Positions 12,724 to 24,706 of a stretch of DNA of 64,000 nt are shown here, piece by piece; the first letter of the stretch is position 1; every line of letters begins with the position of its first letter. A program made the translations under genes and the position numbers. The notes under the pieces are model-generated. The model saw only the letters and a list, made by a program, of their open reading frames with translations. It was not told the DNA's origin and did no database searches. Source of the DNA: Proteromonas lacertae (Eukaryota); contig NGBS01000292.1 in NCBI GenBank assembly GCA_002245135.1, positions 434,001-498,000 on the forward strand, read 5' to 3'.

Positions 12724-14069
12724 ATGGATCTAAAGTAATAATACTGTGAATATTATTTAGATTTGTGTTTGTGATTCACAGACATGGAGATAGATCTCCA
12801 CTTATGAATTACTTCAAAAGTACTGCAAATGAAGCTCGTTACGATGAATATTGGAAGTCTAGAGTATTATTTGGTTTATTAAAATTAATAAGGATTTGAA
12901 ATCTGAAATTGTAACAAAGATGAACAGTTTATTCCCATTTGTAGGTTCAGACATCAAAAAAGAACCATATCCATATGGAGAACTAACTGATGTAGGTTTG
13001 CCTGAACTTGAACAATTAGGACAAAAGCTAGTATTTGTTTATAAGAACTAATATTAATTAGAAAGAAAAATATGTAGATGAATACAAATTAATAAGCATT
13101 CCATTACAAGAGAAAGAAATCGTAGTAAATAGCACTCCGTTCAACAGAACAATTGAAAGTGTACAAGGTTTATTATGTGGTTTTTTGAATATTAATATAA
13201 CCTCCAATATATCAGAAGAATCATTAGAAAGTTTAAAACCTGAAGATTGGTATCCAGAAGTACAATCTACAAAGGATCAAATAGGATTTTCACAAAGTAA
13301 ATATATAAATAATTATGTCGTTATAGGTATGAATGCTCAACAAACTCTATCAAGATTGAACGAAGATGATTGGATGAATTTATCAAATAAATATAATCCA
13401 ATATTAAGAGAATGCTTAGAGGAATTCACATTTTTAAAAGAAAATAATAATAAAACAGCAATAACACCAGATTGGAGTTTAGTGGAAGATTATATAGTAA
13501 CATCAATTCATCACAAATTCGGTATTCTACCAAAAATTGAAAAACATAGTAATTTAATCAATAAAATAGCTCAAATAAAGAGGAAAGTATTATTATGTTA
13601 TCCGGTATTAACTAAATCATATATCGGTAATTTTTATAAATATATTTATTCATGTTTAAAGAAAGTATCAACTACAGAAAATTATCAAACAAAAATGATG
13701 ATTTATAGTGGACATGATACAAATTTATTAGATATCCTTTTTTTTCTCAATAATTTCATTTTCTTTTTTCTTTTTTCTTTAATTTCAAGTTCAAGATTGC
13801 TATATTTATTTTCTTCTGAATGTGATTTTGAAAGACCTGAGTATGCAAGTCATATTGAAATTGAGTTGTATTTAGAGAAAGAAACAAGTAAGTATTTTTT
13901 TCAAATTCTTTATCAGGACAAACCTATAAAGTTAAATATATCTCCTGAGGCTAATGGCTATTATCCTTTAGATAGTTATATGGAATTAGCTGTAACTCAG
14001 ACAAAATATATAATTCCGAAAGAATTATATCAGAATAAGAGAGAATCTAGTGGTTGTGACATATTTTAG
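12724..14069 (+). CDS. Histidine acid phosphatase (clade 2)
   Basis: RHGDRSP motif after the first intron (~12780), GELTDVG, STPFNRTIES and SGHDT motifs. Several short introns plus a probable U12 intron at 13732-13794. Confidence 0.88.
13732..13794 (+). other. Probable U12-type (minor spliceosome) intron with AT-AA termini
   Basis: 5' end ATATCCTTT matches the U12 donor consensus. A branch-like TTCTTTAAT lies 12-13 nt upstream of the 3' end. Removal converts a Phe-rich insert into HDTNLLGLLYLF. Confidence 0.7.
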
Positions 14070-14799
14070 GTAAATTTTGTTAATTGTATATATAACTTGA
14101 CAGTATTGATGTTTTGTTTCTTTCACTAAAATGGACTGACTTTTTCTCAAGCTTCAAATCAGATCCAAGCCAACGTACAACAAACACGATAAGAATTTTC
14201 TAAGTGCTTTTTGTGACTTTAAATAGATTTTTCTCAATAACCATAAGGAATAAAATAGTAAAAATTTGTCAAACGATGTATCATGCTTTGAGCTTTATCA
14301 TAGTATACTTAGTTTCATAATTACCTCTTTCATGTCATTCGTCTGTTTTTGATATTTTACATTATAATTGAATAACAACAAACATAAATAATAACATTGA
14401 TATATTTTTATTTGATTTATATCATTTATTAGCTTTAAAAACTATAATACATCTCGAACTGTACTGATTTTAAATACCACGTATTTGGCTAATAGGGACT
14501 GAAATATGTTAATAAATTTTATACGTAATCACTACCTATATACGATATGTGTAGTATAGGAGTATTCCAGAAAGGACGATATTAATTTTGACTAGGTAAT
14601 TGAATGTAATCGTGATATTATGTGATTTTTGATGTATGTGTGTGTAGTTAAATAAAGCCATATTGCTATTTTTGACTAATTGCTTCTAATTAAGAAGATA
14701 TCAAAATATTTTTCATACGAGCACTATATGCTGTACTATTATGTTAATCTGAATAGCTAAACCCCATAAATACACTGTATAACATATATTATAGATAAA

Positions 14800-16300
14800 T
14801 TACTGAATCAATATTCTTCTCCCCTGGAATTCTGTTGCTATTCTAATAAAATAACTATTAAAATATAAAAATAACTATAATACTTATATAATCATCTATA
14901 ATATCTATAAACATAATAACAAATTAAAACATACCAGTATAGCTTAACATGCAAGTTGCTGATATTCTCTGCCTTTCATCGATTAGTACAATGCTAAACA
15001 GCTATAATAAAATATAATATACTAAAATAGTTATACTTTTTCTAATTGTAAAATATAATATATAAACTGGATGTTTCTACTGTTCTTCACCTGGAATTCT
15101 AATGCAATTCATCTAATGATAATATATAAATAAGAATATACTTTGAATTATTGAAATTATGTTCAATACTCTACTAACAATATATAAATAAGAATAATAT
15201 ACTAATATACTTATAAGAATATATTCATTTACCTATTATAAAATAATAAAAATAATACTGGATATACTAACTCAATAATACCACTATATACAAATCCACC
15301 AAATGTTATTTTCAAATAATGGAGTAAAAACTAATAGAGTAAATAATAGATCAAATACTTCTTAAATATAGGATTATCATTAACTTGATTCAATAAATAC
15401 AATGATTGAACTGTTTCTAAATCAATTAATCCAGGAATAACATCAGCTAAATACTCTTGAATTGGAGATGGTTTAGAAGCTTCCATGCTTTTTAATTACT
15501 ATGAATAAATAAAATAAAATCAGAATATTCGTATCATCATACTTAATTTTGGTGTTCTCATCGAATGAATTGTTGTAATTACGATATATGTCTTTTCTAC
15601 AGTTACTGTTTTGGCAACACCTGAAATCACACCAATTGTTGAATAAACATACCTAATAATTCATCCTAACAAAAATAATTATAAAAAATATACTAATTCA
15701 TCTTAGCTTCTTCATCATCAGACTTTACTATTTTATATTATAATAACAATTATACTTATTTGTATTTGTTGGATTAATCGTTGATGGTAAACTTGGTTTA
15801 TATTCTAATTATCCTAGTCTGACACCTAATTTAAATAACCTATTAATGATTATATATATGATAATTGCTATAATACCAATATGCTAAATTAACAGAAATA
15901 GTTGAATTTCCTACTACTTATAACTTCAATAATATGTTGTATATCAAAAGTGCCAAATGTATTAGCAAGGTAAGAGTTTGTATATGTAGTTGATGAGCTT
16001 TAGTAAGACAGACTAAATCAAAGCTGATAGTTGTATTTTTTTCTTCAAATGTTCTTAATTCTTCCCTTAGTTATAATATCTTTGATTTTTAATTATTAAA
16101 ACTTTAATCTAATTAACATATATGATAATATTATACTTCCTTCAACAATTATAATCAATTCCTGCTCTTTGTATTGTTTTGTCTATTATTTATCTGTAAT
16201 AACAACACTTGTGCTACCATTGTTATATTCTATATAAAATTATATACTATATATACTCATAACACAACAGAAGAAAAAAGAATTAAAGTGTATTTCAAAA
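14800..16300 (-). pseudogene. Micro-exon-rich gene or pseudogene of unknown function
   Basis: Repeated CTA...TAC blocks of 22-40 nt on the + strand (GTA...TAG introns on -). Exon fragments such as MEASKPSPIQEYLADVIPGLIDLETVQSLYLLNQ (~15360-15490). A full frame could not be reconstructed. Confidence 0.4.
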
Positions 16301-17013
16301 ATTATATTCGTTTCAGACTTCCAGTTTTGAGAAATTAAATGAATGTATAAGTTTAGATTATTTTTATTATAGTGAATAGGTAATAATATATAGTGTACAT
16401 GTCAATTTGATGTTTGATTCACATAAAGATGGTTGAAATAAATATCCAAGTAAAAATGTGAAGTGAAAGGTGGTTAAGAGAAAGTAAATATGCAAATTAA
16501 TCTATTGGCTATAAAAGTTATTGTCTAAAAAATCAAATTTCAATAGATTCAAGGAATTATTTTATATGTGATTGTATTTATACTAATGTTACAACAAATT
16601 ACTATCATGTGAGTAGAATGAGTATAGTGAGTAATTTTTCGACTTGGTTATGCAAATTGTGAATATAGGAAGTGAAGAGAAGAGAGAATATGATAAACCT
16701 AAGAGAATATTACAATCTTCCACGTGTTTATACTATTAATTCAGTAGTAATATGTTATATGCAAAAGTATCATTAGCTAATGATTATTTGAATTACAATA
16801 TTTGTGATTAAAAAACTGATGGATTTTGTGACTAATACTCATCATCCATTATAAATGTAATAATAGATACCTAAGCCACTGACTATTTGTCAGGATAACG
16901 GCTTTTCCCCCCTTTGGCTTATTATACCAATAAAAAAACAGTAAGTTATAAAGGTTATTACTATTACTGTTATTATTATTATTATTATATAGATATATAT
17001 TATATTACTTTAT

Positions 17014-17944
17014 AATGAAAAAATAAAAAAGAATAAAAGAGAATCAATTATACTCTAATATAATACATGATGATGTTTATTATAGTAATTCTTACAACGT
17101 GTTAGTAGTTGATGATACTATTTATAATTTCAATGAAAATACTCAAAAATATTATGAGGTAGTTTTTTATGATTAATTCACAAATATTGATGAATTAATT
17201 AATATATACAATAATAAGAAAGTAAATATATATTTTTAAACAGACAAACCATCCATCATCATTACATTGTTAAGATTTAATGTTATTATAATTAAAATAA
17301 TCAATTCATATCTACAAAAGTGGTTCAATATTACTTAAGACAAAATTTAAATAATAAAAATGAAGATTTTCTTTTCTATAATAATGAAAAAGATGTCATA
17401 ATGGATAAAGTAATTGATAACTTTCTATTTCTAGCTTTTATATATTTCAGTAAAGTAATTACTACAAATGTAGAAAGAAATATACCATTGTTTTATAAGT
17501 TAATTGATTGTTATAAAAGAATTAATTATAAATACAGAGATTTTGGAAAGTTGGATAGAGAAATTATAAAGAAAGCAAATGAAGAGGTTATAATAGAGAA
17601 ATTATATTATCCTCAATTCTATAAAAGTTTTAATGTAATAAAGGGAAAAACAATCAATTGTGATAAAAAAATGGTAAGTAGTATTAATGATATAGATTCT
17701 ATCAATCCATTTTAATTCAAAAGAAATTATACTAGTAAAAAATCAGTGGAAGATATGGAATATTTGATTTTCCTTATTATTTAACACAAGTTATAATTGA
17801 TAGAATATTGTCATATAATTATACAATACAAAGTAAAGGATATGTTACAAGAGCAAGTAGAAACAATAAATCATCTGTTATAGAGTTTTTGAAAATTAAA
17901 GAAACAATTAATGAAGAATATAGAAAAGGTAACTACATTTTTCA
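17014..17944 (+). pseudogene. Decayed coding sequence, left part, interrupted by the MULE
   Basis: Broken ORFs 17320-17715 and 17808-17944 that run up to the TSD. Confidence 0.4.
17936..17944 (+). repeat. 9-bp target site duplication, left copy (CATTTTTCA)
   Basis: Identical to 24698-24706 and immediately outside the terminal GGGGTA. Confidence 0.95.
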
Positions 17945-20267
17945 GGGGTATTTTTTTTTGGGCAGCTGCTCAAATTTTGAACAGGCTGTTTCTAATAGCG
18001 CCATGAATCTTATATTGAAATTTGTCTGACTATTATTAATTATTTTAGCTTTTCTGAATTGTGTGTGGTATTTAGACATCATCAATGTTAATCATTAGAA
18101 TAATTATAAGAATTTTGTATATAAATTTATTGTACATAATAACTGTACATTGGACCTCCAGTTTTTATTCTAATTATTTTGTTATTTCAAGAGAAAAATG
18201 AAAAAATATAAATTTAGTCAAGCATTTGGCTTGATTTGAATTTGAAATTTATATATTTTGAGCATTTGTTATGTATAGCAACATATTTTTAATTTTAATT
18301 AAATAGATTTCAACTTTATCATAATTTTCAATTATATATATATCAAAAGTCCATATTCTTCGTATAATTATATATATTTTTAATTGGTTTAGATTTAAAG
18401 AATTATGAAAAGATTATAGATAGAATAGCATACGACTAAATTTATTATGGAATGGATTGATTCAAAAATATGGAAGAATGCGTGATAAGCCAGATAGTAA
18501 GGAATATAAATCAAAAATGGTTAAGAAAGAGTCTTACTATATCACTTGAAGAAATAAAGAACATAGTTGCATTGAAAAATGAGAATATAATCTAAATTTA
18601 AGTGATATATTTAAATATGAAATGGATTATACTCAAAGATATATTGAATGTAGTAATAATGGAATACAGGATGTGAAATGTAATGGTTGTAATAGGATTT
18701 ATAGGAATATCTTCTTCAGAAATTGATTCTTTTTATTAATTGATAATTTACACAAATATTTAACATTTATACTTTAATTTGTGTATTTAATATGTGTATG
18801 TTACTTAATATTAAATTGGCCTATATCAATGAATTTTAGGATTAAATATGCCAATTGTTGAACAAGATTCATTTACTTTCAACATTCAAAGATTGATAAA
18901 GATATAGATGACATGGTTAGCTTGTCGAAGAACTTGAATGTATTTAGAACTGAGTTAGGCAAATGACGTCCTTTTCGACTTTTGTCTTCACACGCTCAAA
19001 ATACCCAGTGTTTTCCTGTAGCTGTCCCTTTTGTCCATTTTGCTTTTTTATTATCTTTTTAGTTTTTCTGTAATAAATAGTAAAAATAATCAATCACTAA
19101 GCAATATATATCAATATAACACATTATACTCCTGCCCTACTGAAAAATTAACAAATAAATATATTATTTGTCAATTTAACTATTTTTTTAATATATTGTA
19201 GTTGCATTTAATTGTTTTCACTCATTTTTTATCCCATTTTATATGCTATTCCCTAATCTGTTTCTCTGTTTGTTATGTATCAATCCCTGTATAGAATAAC
19301 TACGTTCTATTAAGCTTCTAGAGTTTGGGATTGTTTGTATTCTATGAAGCTGCTACGTCTTTTATATGACATGATAAAATAAAAAAGCTTGAAAAGAAAT
19401 CAAGCTTGGATTTATTTCAAAGTTTAATATTTCGTGTTATGATTAAGTATTGTTTCTTTTTATGTTCATATGTTTGTAATGTTGTAAATTCGTATGTATA
19501 AATCTAAAAATTAATTACTGTTTCTTTGAAATACTGTGAATTAATGAATATTAAAATTTAGCTAAATTTAATCAGTTTATTTTACTGTATATATTCAAAT
19601 TAGTTATAAGTAGTTTATTAATTTACATTATATTCAGATTATGTCAATTTGTTTGATATTTCTATTATGAAGTGACGCTATTTATGTAAATGAACAATAC
19701 ATTTATAAGTATGTTATTTAGATAGATTTAATGATAAAATTTACATAATATTTTGATTAATAGAAATGAACATAGGTATATTTGTTCTTAAACAGGTTAA
19801 TATGTCTTATAAACAATAGGATATATAATATATGTAGTATTTATGATAAACAAATATTGAATAAAGGGACACAAAAGGAATACTGTCCTTCTTGAAAAAA
19901 ACATGTTCGATTTCCTTACAGGCTAGACGAGAGAAGAAAGGACAGAAAGGAGGATATGGCTCCAGAAGGATGTCCTTTCTGCAACTCATATATCACTATA
20001 TCAACATACATTATATCACATCACTCAATAATATAGAATTAATAATAACAATATAATAGAAATTATTGACAAAATTATTGAAAGTGTAATCTAGTATTTC
20101 AAGTATGAACTAGTACTTTTTTATGTTTAAAAATATTTAATCGTTTCATATTTTGTGGCATTATAATTTATAATCTATTTTCTATATCATACTTGAAAAT
20201 AAATAATACATGAACATAATAACTATTGATGCCAATGATTTTGTATCAGTTCCTACTAATGATAGTA
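17945..20267 (+). repeat. Left terminal inverted repeat (2,323 bp)
   Basis: Reverse complement of 22375-24697. No differences were seen in spot checks, and the equal length implies no net indel. Confidence 0.93.
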
Positions 20268-22200
20268 GACATACAATAGTCGATCGAAGAAAAAAGGAGT
20301 TATATAAACAATGTCAAAAATACCCTCCTTTGGATTCTTTTTATAGCATTAATGAATCAATATTTCAGAAGAAATTTAAGTCAATTGGTACACAATATGA
20401 CTTTGAAGTAGTAGTTACTCATGGCAAAAATGTTAGCAAGGAAAAGACATTAAAATTTACTTGTAGTAAAGGAATGTGTCAATTTTATATCAAAGCAAAA
20501 TATACTGATTATCAAGTTCATGTCAAATTTAATCCACATTCCCATCAGCTGAATATGGTAAGTAAAAAGATAATTAGTGTTATGACGGATGATATTTTGA
20601 ATGAAGTGCATTGTATGGTTATGCAGACAAGAAACACATCTAAAGAAATTATTAATGTTATAAAAAATAATTATAATATTTCAACTCGTGTTATAAAACA
20701 GATAGATTGTGAAGTAAATAAACTACGTCAAATGTTACGAGATGAAAATTCTGGTAGATACAAATTCTATGAAAGTATAAAATCAAAGTATACATATTTC
20801 GAAAATTCTCACTGTACGCTTGTCATTTTAGACAAAATAAGGTTAAGTAAGTATAGTACATTGTGTTGTGATGGTACTTTTTCTATTTTTCTTGGTCATG
20901 AACAGCTATATGTTATATACTCTCAAGTCAGTCCTTCTTTATTAATTATAGTAGCTTTCGCAATTACTCAAAATAAAACCAGTGATACATACAAATTTAT
21001 ATTTAAGAATTTAAATCAATATTACAATATAAAGGCAGTTATTCACGACAAAGAGATGGCTGTTGTCAAAGCTCTAAAAGAATTAAATATTAAGTTTGTA
21101 TTCGACACCTTTCATCTTCTTATGTGTGTAAAAGATAAGTTGCTTAAACATTTATTATATCAATACATTAAAGATCCTAGTTCAATAAATATTAATGACT
21201 TAGATGAAAAATACAAAATCTATTTTAATAGGGATGGAATAACTAATTTTGGTATTTATGGATGTCACAGTAGTTCAGCAGTTGAATCTTTAAATCACAA
21301 AATCAAAAACGATTTAAAATATAGGAAATCACGCTATGATAATGTATTGACAGTACTAGAAAAACTTCATCAACAACAATTTGATAAAATACAATCAATT
21401 GCTTCTATAGAGAATGATAATAATTTATTATACCAAAATTTATTGTGGGAGGAGTGTAGTAGTAATATTTATAGAGAATTTGAGAGAGTGTATGAAGATA
21501 ACTATTCTAGCACATTTGATGAAGAATCTAATTCATATTATATTAACAATGAGTACAAAATTACAATGAATAATACAAATATCCAGTGTACTTGTTTTTT
21601 ACATAACTTTAGTGGAGTACCATGTTCTCACATACTCTATATAATAATAAAATATGGATTAAACTTTGAAATTATTCATTTAATATCAATGAATGTTTCA
21701 AAAGATATTTTCAATCAACCATTCCTATAACAGATTACTATTTAGATTATGTTTATCCTGTTGATATAGAGATTATAAATAATACTATTGCTAGTGATGA
21801 TGTAGATACTGATAATATTAATATTCCTATTAATGATACTGAGTTGGATAAAACAGATATTGAAATATTACAGAAAATAATTAGTAATATATACAAAGCT
21901 GGCATGTTAAATGATATAGATGACACTGTTGAAGAAATATATCAACAAATTAAAAAACCACTTACCCAAAATCTTTATCACACTATATCTGAAAATGACT
22001 TTAACAGTTTCATTAATAAGGATTATACGAATATAAAACAAGAATCAGCTGTAACAATATTATCAATTATCTATTTATTAATAAGTAAAATCAAAAAAGG
22101 ATACATAATAATTGATAAGGATGTTGTACTAAACTACATTAATAATGAAGTGAAGAAGAGAAAAATAGTAATGGAAAAAAGACACAAAACATCATACTAA
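20210..22200 (+). CDS. MULE DDE transposase with WRKY/FAR1-like N-terminus and SWIM finger; frameshift near 21670
   Basis: FTCSKGMC...PHSH zinc module, CDGTF (D), IHDKE (D), DTFH (C/DxxH), SAVESLNHKIK (E) and CTCFLHNFSGVPCSH (SWIM). ORF 20210-21730 continues in the -1 frame (NYSFNINECFKRYF...) to the stop at 22200. Confidence 0.92.
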
Positions 22201-22317
22201 TGATAATATTATAACTTTTTTGAATTAAGATATTCTTATTGGAATTTATATTCTTTGTGTTAGTTGGATAAACAACTACAGCAATTGTTAAATGTTATTT
22301 ACGATGATCATCAGAAA

Positions 22318-22335
22318 AACCCTAACCCTAACCCT
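22318..22335 (+). repeat. Telomere-like (AACCCT)3 tract
   Basis: AACCCTAACCCTAACCCT, i.e. TTAGGG repeats on the - strand, about 40 bp inside the inner end of the right TIR. Confidence 0.7.
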
Positions 22336-22374
22336 TTCTCCTTCTATTACTTCATCATTTATTCCATCTTCTAT

Positions 22375-24697
22375 TACTATCATTAGTAGGAACTGATACA
22401 AAATCATTGGCATCAATAGTTATTATGTTCATGTATTATTTATTTTCAAGTATGATATAGAAAATAGATTATAAATTATAATGCCACAAAATATGAAACG
22501 ATTAAATATTTTTAAACATAAAAAAGTACTAGTTCATACTTGAAATACTAGATTACACTTTCAATAATTTTGTCAATAATTTCTATTATATTGTTATTAT
22601 TAATTCTATATTATTGAGTGATGTGATATAATGTATGTTGATATAGTGATATATGAGTTGCAGAAAGGACATCCTTCTGGAGCCATATCCTCCTTTCTGT
22701 CCTTTCTTCTCTCGTCTAGCCTGTAAGGAAATCGAACATGTTTTTTTCAAGAAGGACAGTATTCCTTTTGTGTCCCTTTATTCAATATTTGTTTATCATA
22801 AATACTACATATATTATATATCCTATTGTTTATAAGACATATTAACCTGTTTAAGAACAAATATACCTATGTTCATTTCTATTAATCAAAATATTATGTA
22901 AATTTTATCATTAAATCTATCTAAATAACATACTTATAAATGTATTGTTCATTTACATAAATAGCGTCACTTCATAATAGAAATATCAAACAAATTGACA
23001 TAATCTGAATATAATGTAAATTAATAAACTACTTATAACTAATTTGAATATATACAGTAAAATAAACTGATTAAATTTAGCTAAATTTTAATATTCATTA
23101 ATTCACAGTATTTCAAAGAAACAGTAATTAATTTTTAGATTTATACATACGAATTTACAACATTACAAACATATGAACATAAAAAGAAACAATACTTAAT
23201 CATAACACGAAATATTAAACTTTGAAATAAATCCAAGCTTGATTTCTTTTCAAGCTTTTTTATTTTATCATGTCATATAAAAGACGTAGCAGCTTCATAG
23301 AATACAAACAATCCCAAACTCTAGAAGCTTAATAGAACGTAGTTATTCTATACAGGGATTGATACATAACAAACAGAGAAACAGATTAGGGAATAGCATA
23401 TAAAATGGGATAAAAAATGAGTGAAAACAATTAAATGCAACTACAATATATTAAAAAAATAGTTAAATTGACAAATAATATATTTATTTGTTAATTTTTC
23501 AGTAGGGCAGGAGTATAATGTGTTATATTGATATATATTGCTTAGTGATTGATTATTTTTACTATTTATTACAGAAAAACTAAAAAGATAATAAAAAAGC
23601 AAAATGGACAAAAGGGACAGCTACAGGAAAACACTGGGTATTTTGAGCGTGTGAAGACAAAAGTCGAAAAGGACGTCATTTGCCTAACTCAGTTCTAAAT
23701 ACATTCAAGTTCTTCGACAAGCTAACCATGTCATCTATATCTTTATCAATCTTTGAATGTTGAAAGTAAATGAATCTTGTTCAACAATTGGCATATTTAA
23801 TCCTAAAATTCATTGATATAGGCCAATTTAATATTAAGTAACATACACATATTAAATACACAAATTAAAGTATAAATGTTAAATATTTGTGTAAATTATC
23901 AATTAATAAAAAGAATCAATTTCTGAAGAAGATATTCCTATAAATCCTATTACAACCATTACATTTCACATCCTGTATTCCATTATTACTACATTCAATA
24001 TATCTTTGAGTATAATCCATTTCATATTTAAATATATCACTTAAATTTAGATTATATTCTCATTTTTCAATGCAACTATGTTCTTTATTTCTTCAAGTGA
24101 TATAGTAAGACTCTTTCTTAACCATTTTTGATTTATATTCCTTACTATCTGGCTTATCACGCATTCTTCCATATTTTTGAATCAATCCATTCCATAATAA
24201 ATTTAGTCGTATGCTATTCTATCTATAATCTTTTCATAATTCTTTAAATCTAAACCAATTAAAAATATATATAATTATACGAAGAATATGGACTTTTGAT
24301 ATATATATAATTGAAAATTATGATAAAGTTGAAATCTATTTAATTAAAATTAAAAATATGTTGCTATACATAACAAATGCTCAAAATATATAAATTTCAA
24401 ATTCAAATCAAGCCAAATGCTTGACTAAATTTATATTTTTTCATTTTTCTCTTGAAATAACAAAATAATTAGAATAAAAACTGGAGGTCCAATGTACAGT
24501 TATTATGTACAATAAATTTATATACAAAATTCTTATAATTATTCTAATGATTAACATTGATGATGTCTAAATACCACACACAATTCAGAAAAGCTAAAAT
24601 AATTAATAATAGTCAGACAAATTTCAATATAAGATTCATGGCGCTATTAGAAACAGCCTGTTCAAAATTTGAGCAGCTGCCCAAAAAAAAATACCCC
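22375..24697 (-). repeat. Right terminal inverted repeat (2,323 bp)
   Basis: Reverse complement of 17945-20267, including the transposase ATG context (mirror ATG at 22432 on -). Confidence 0.93.
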
Positions 24698-24706
24698 CAT
24701 TTTTCA
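24698..24706 (+). repeat. 9-bp target site duplication, right copy (CATTTTTCA)
   Basis: Identical to 17936-17944. Confidence 0.95.

Larger units (their letters stand above)
17945..24697 (+). mobile_element. Mutator-like (MULE) DNA transposon, 6,753 bp, with 2,323-bp TIRs
   Basis: Termini GGGGTATTTTTTTTTGGGCAGC...GCTGCCCAAAAAAAAATACCCC, 9-bp TSD and central MULE transposase. Mirror symmetry x+y=42642 (identical 60-aa ORFs at 19807-19989 and 22653-22835). Confidence 0.95.

Noticed and set aside
19807..19989. 60-aa ORF duplicated at 22653-22835 as a real accessory gene
   Set aside because: The duplication just reflects the TIR. The ORF has no recognisable domain and overlaps a motif-rich non-coding patch.
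17945..24697. Palindrome as a fold-back assembly artefact
   Set aside because: The arms end in G-rich termini flanked by an exact 9-bp direct repeat, and unique sequence continues on both sides. A chimeric read would not be expected to produce this.
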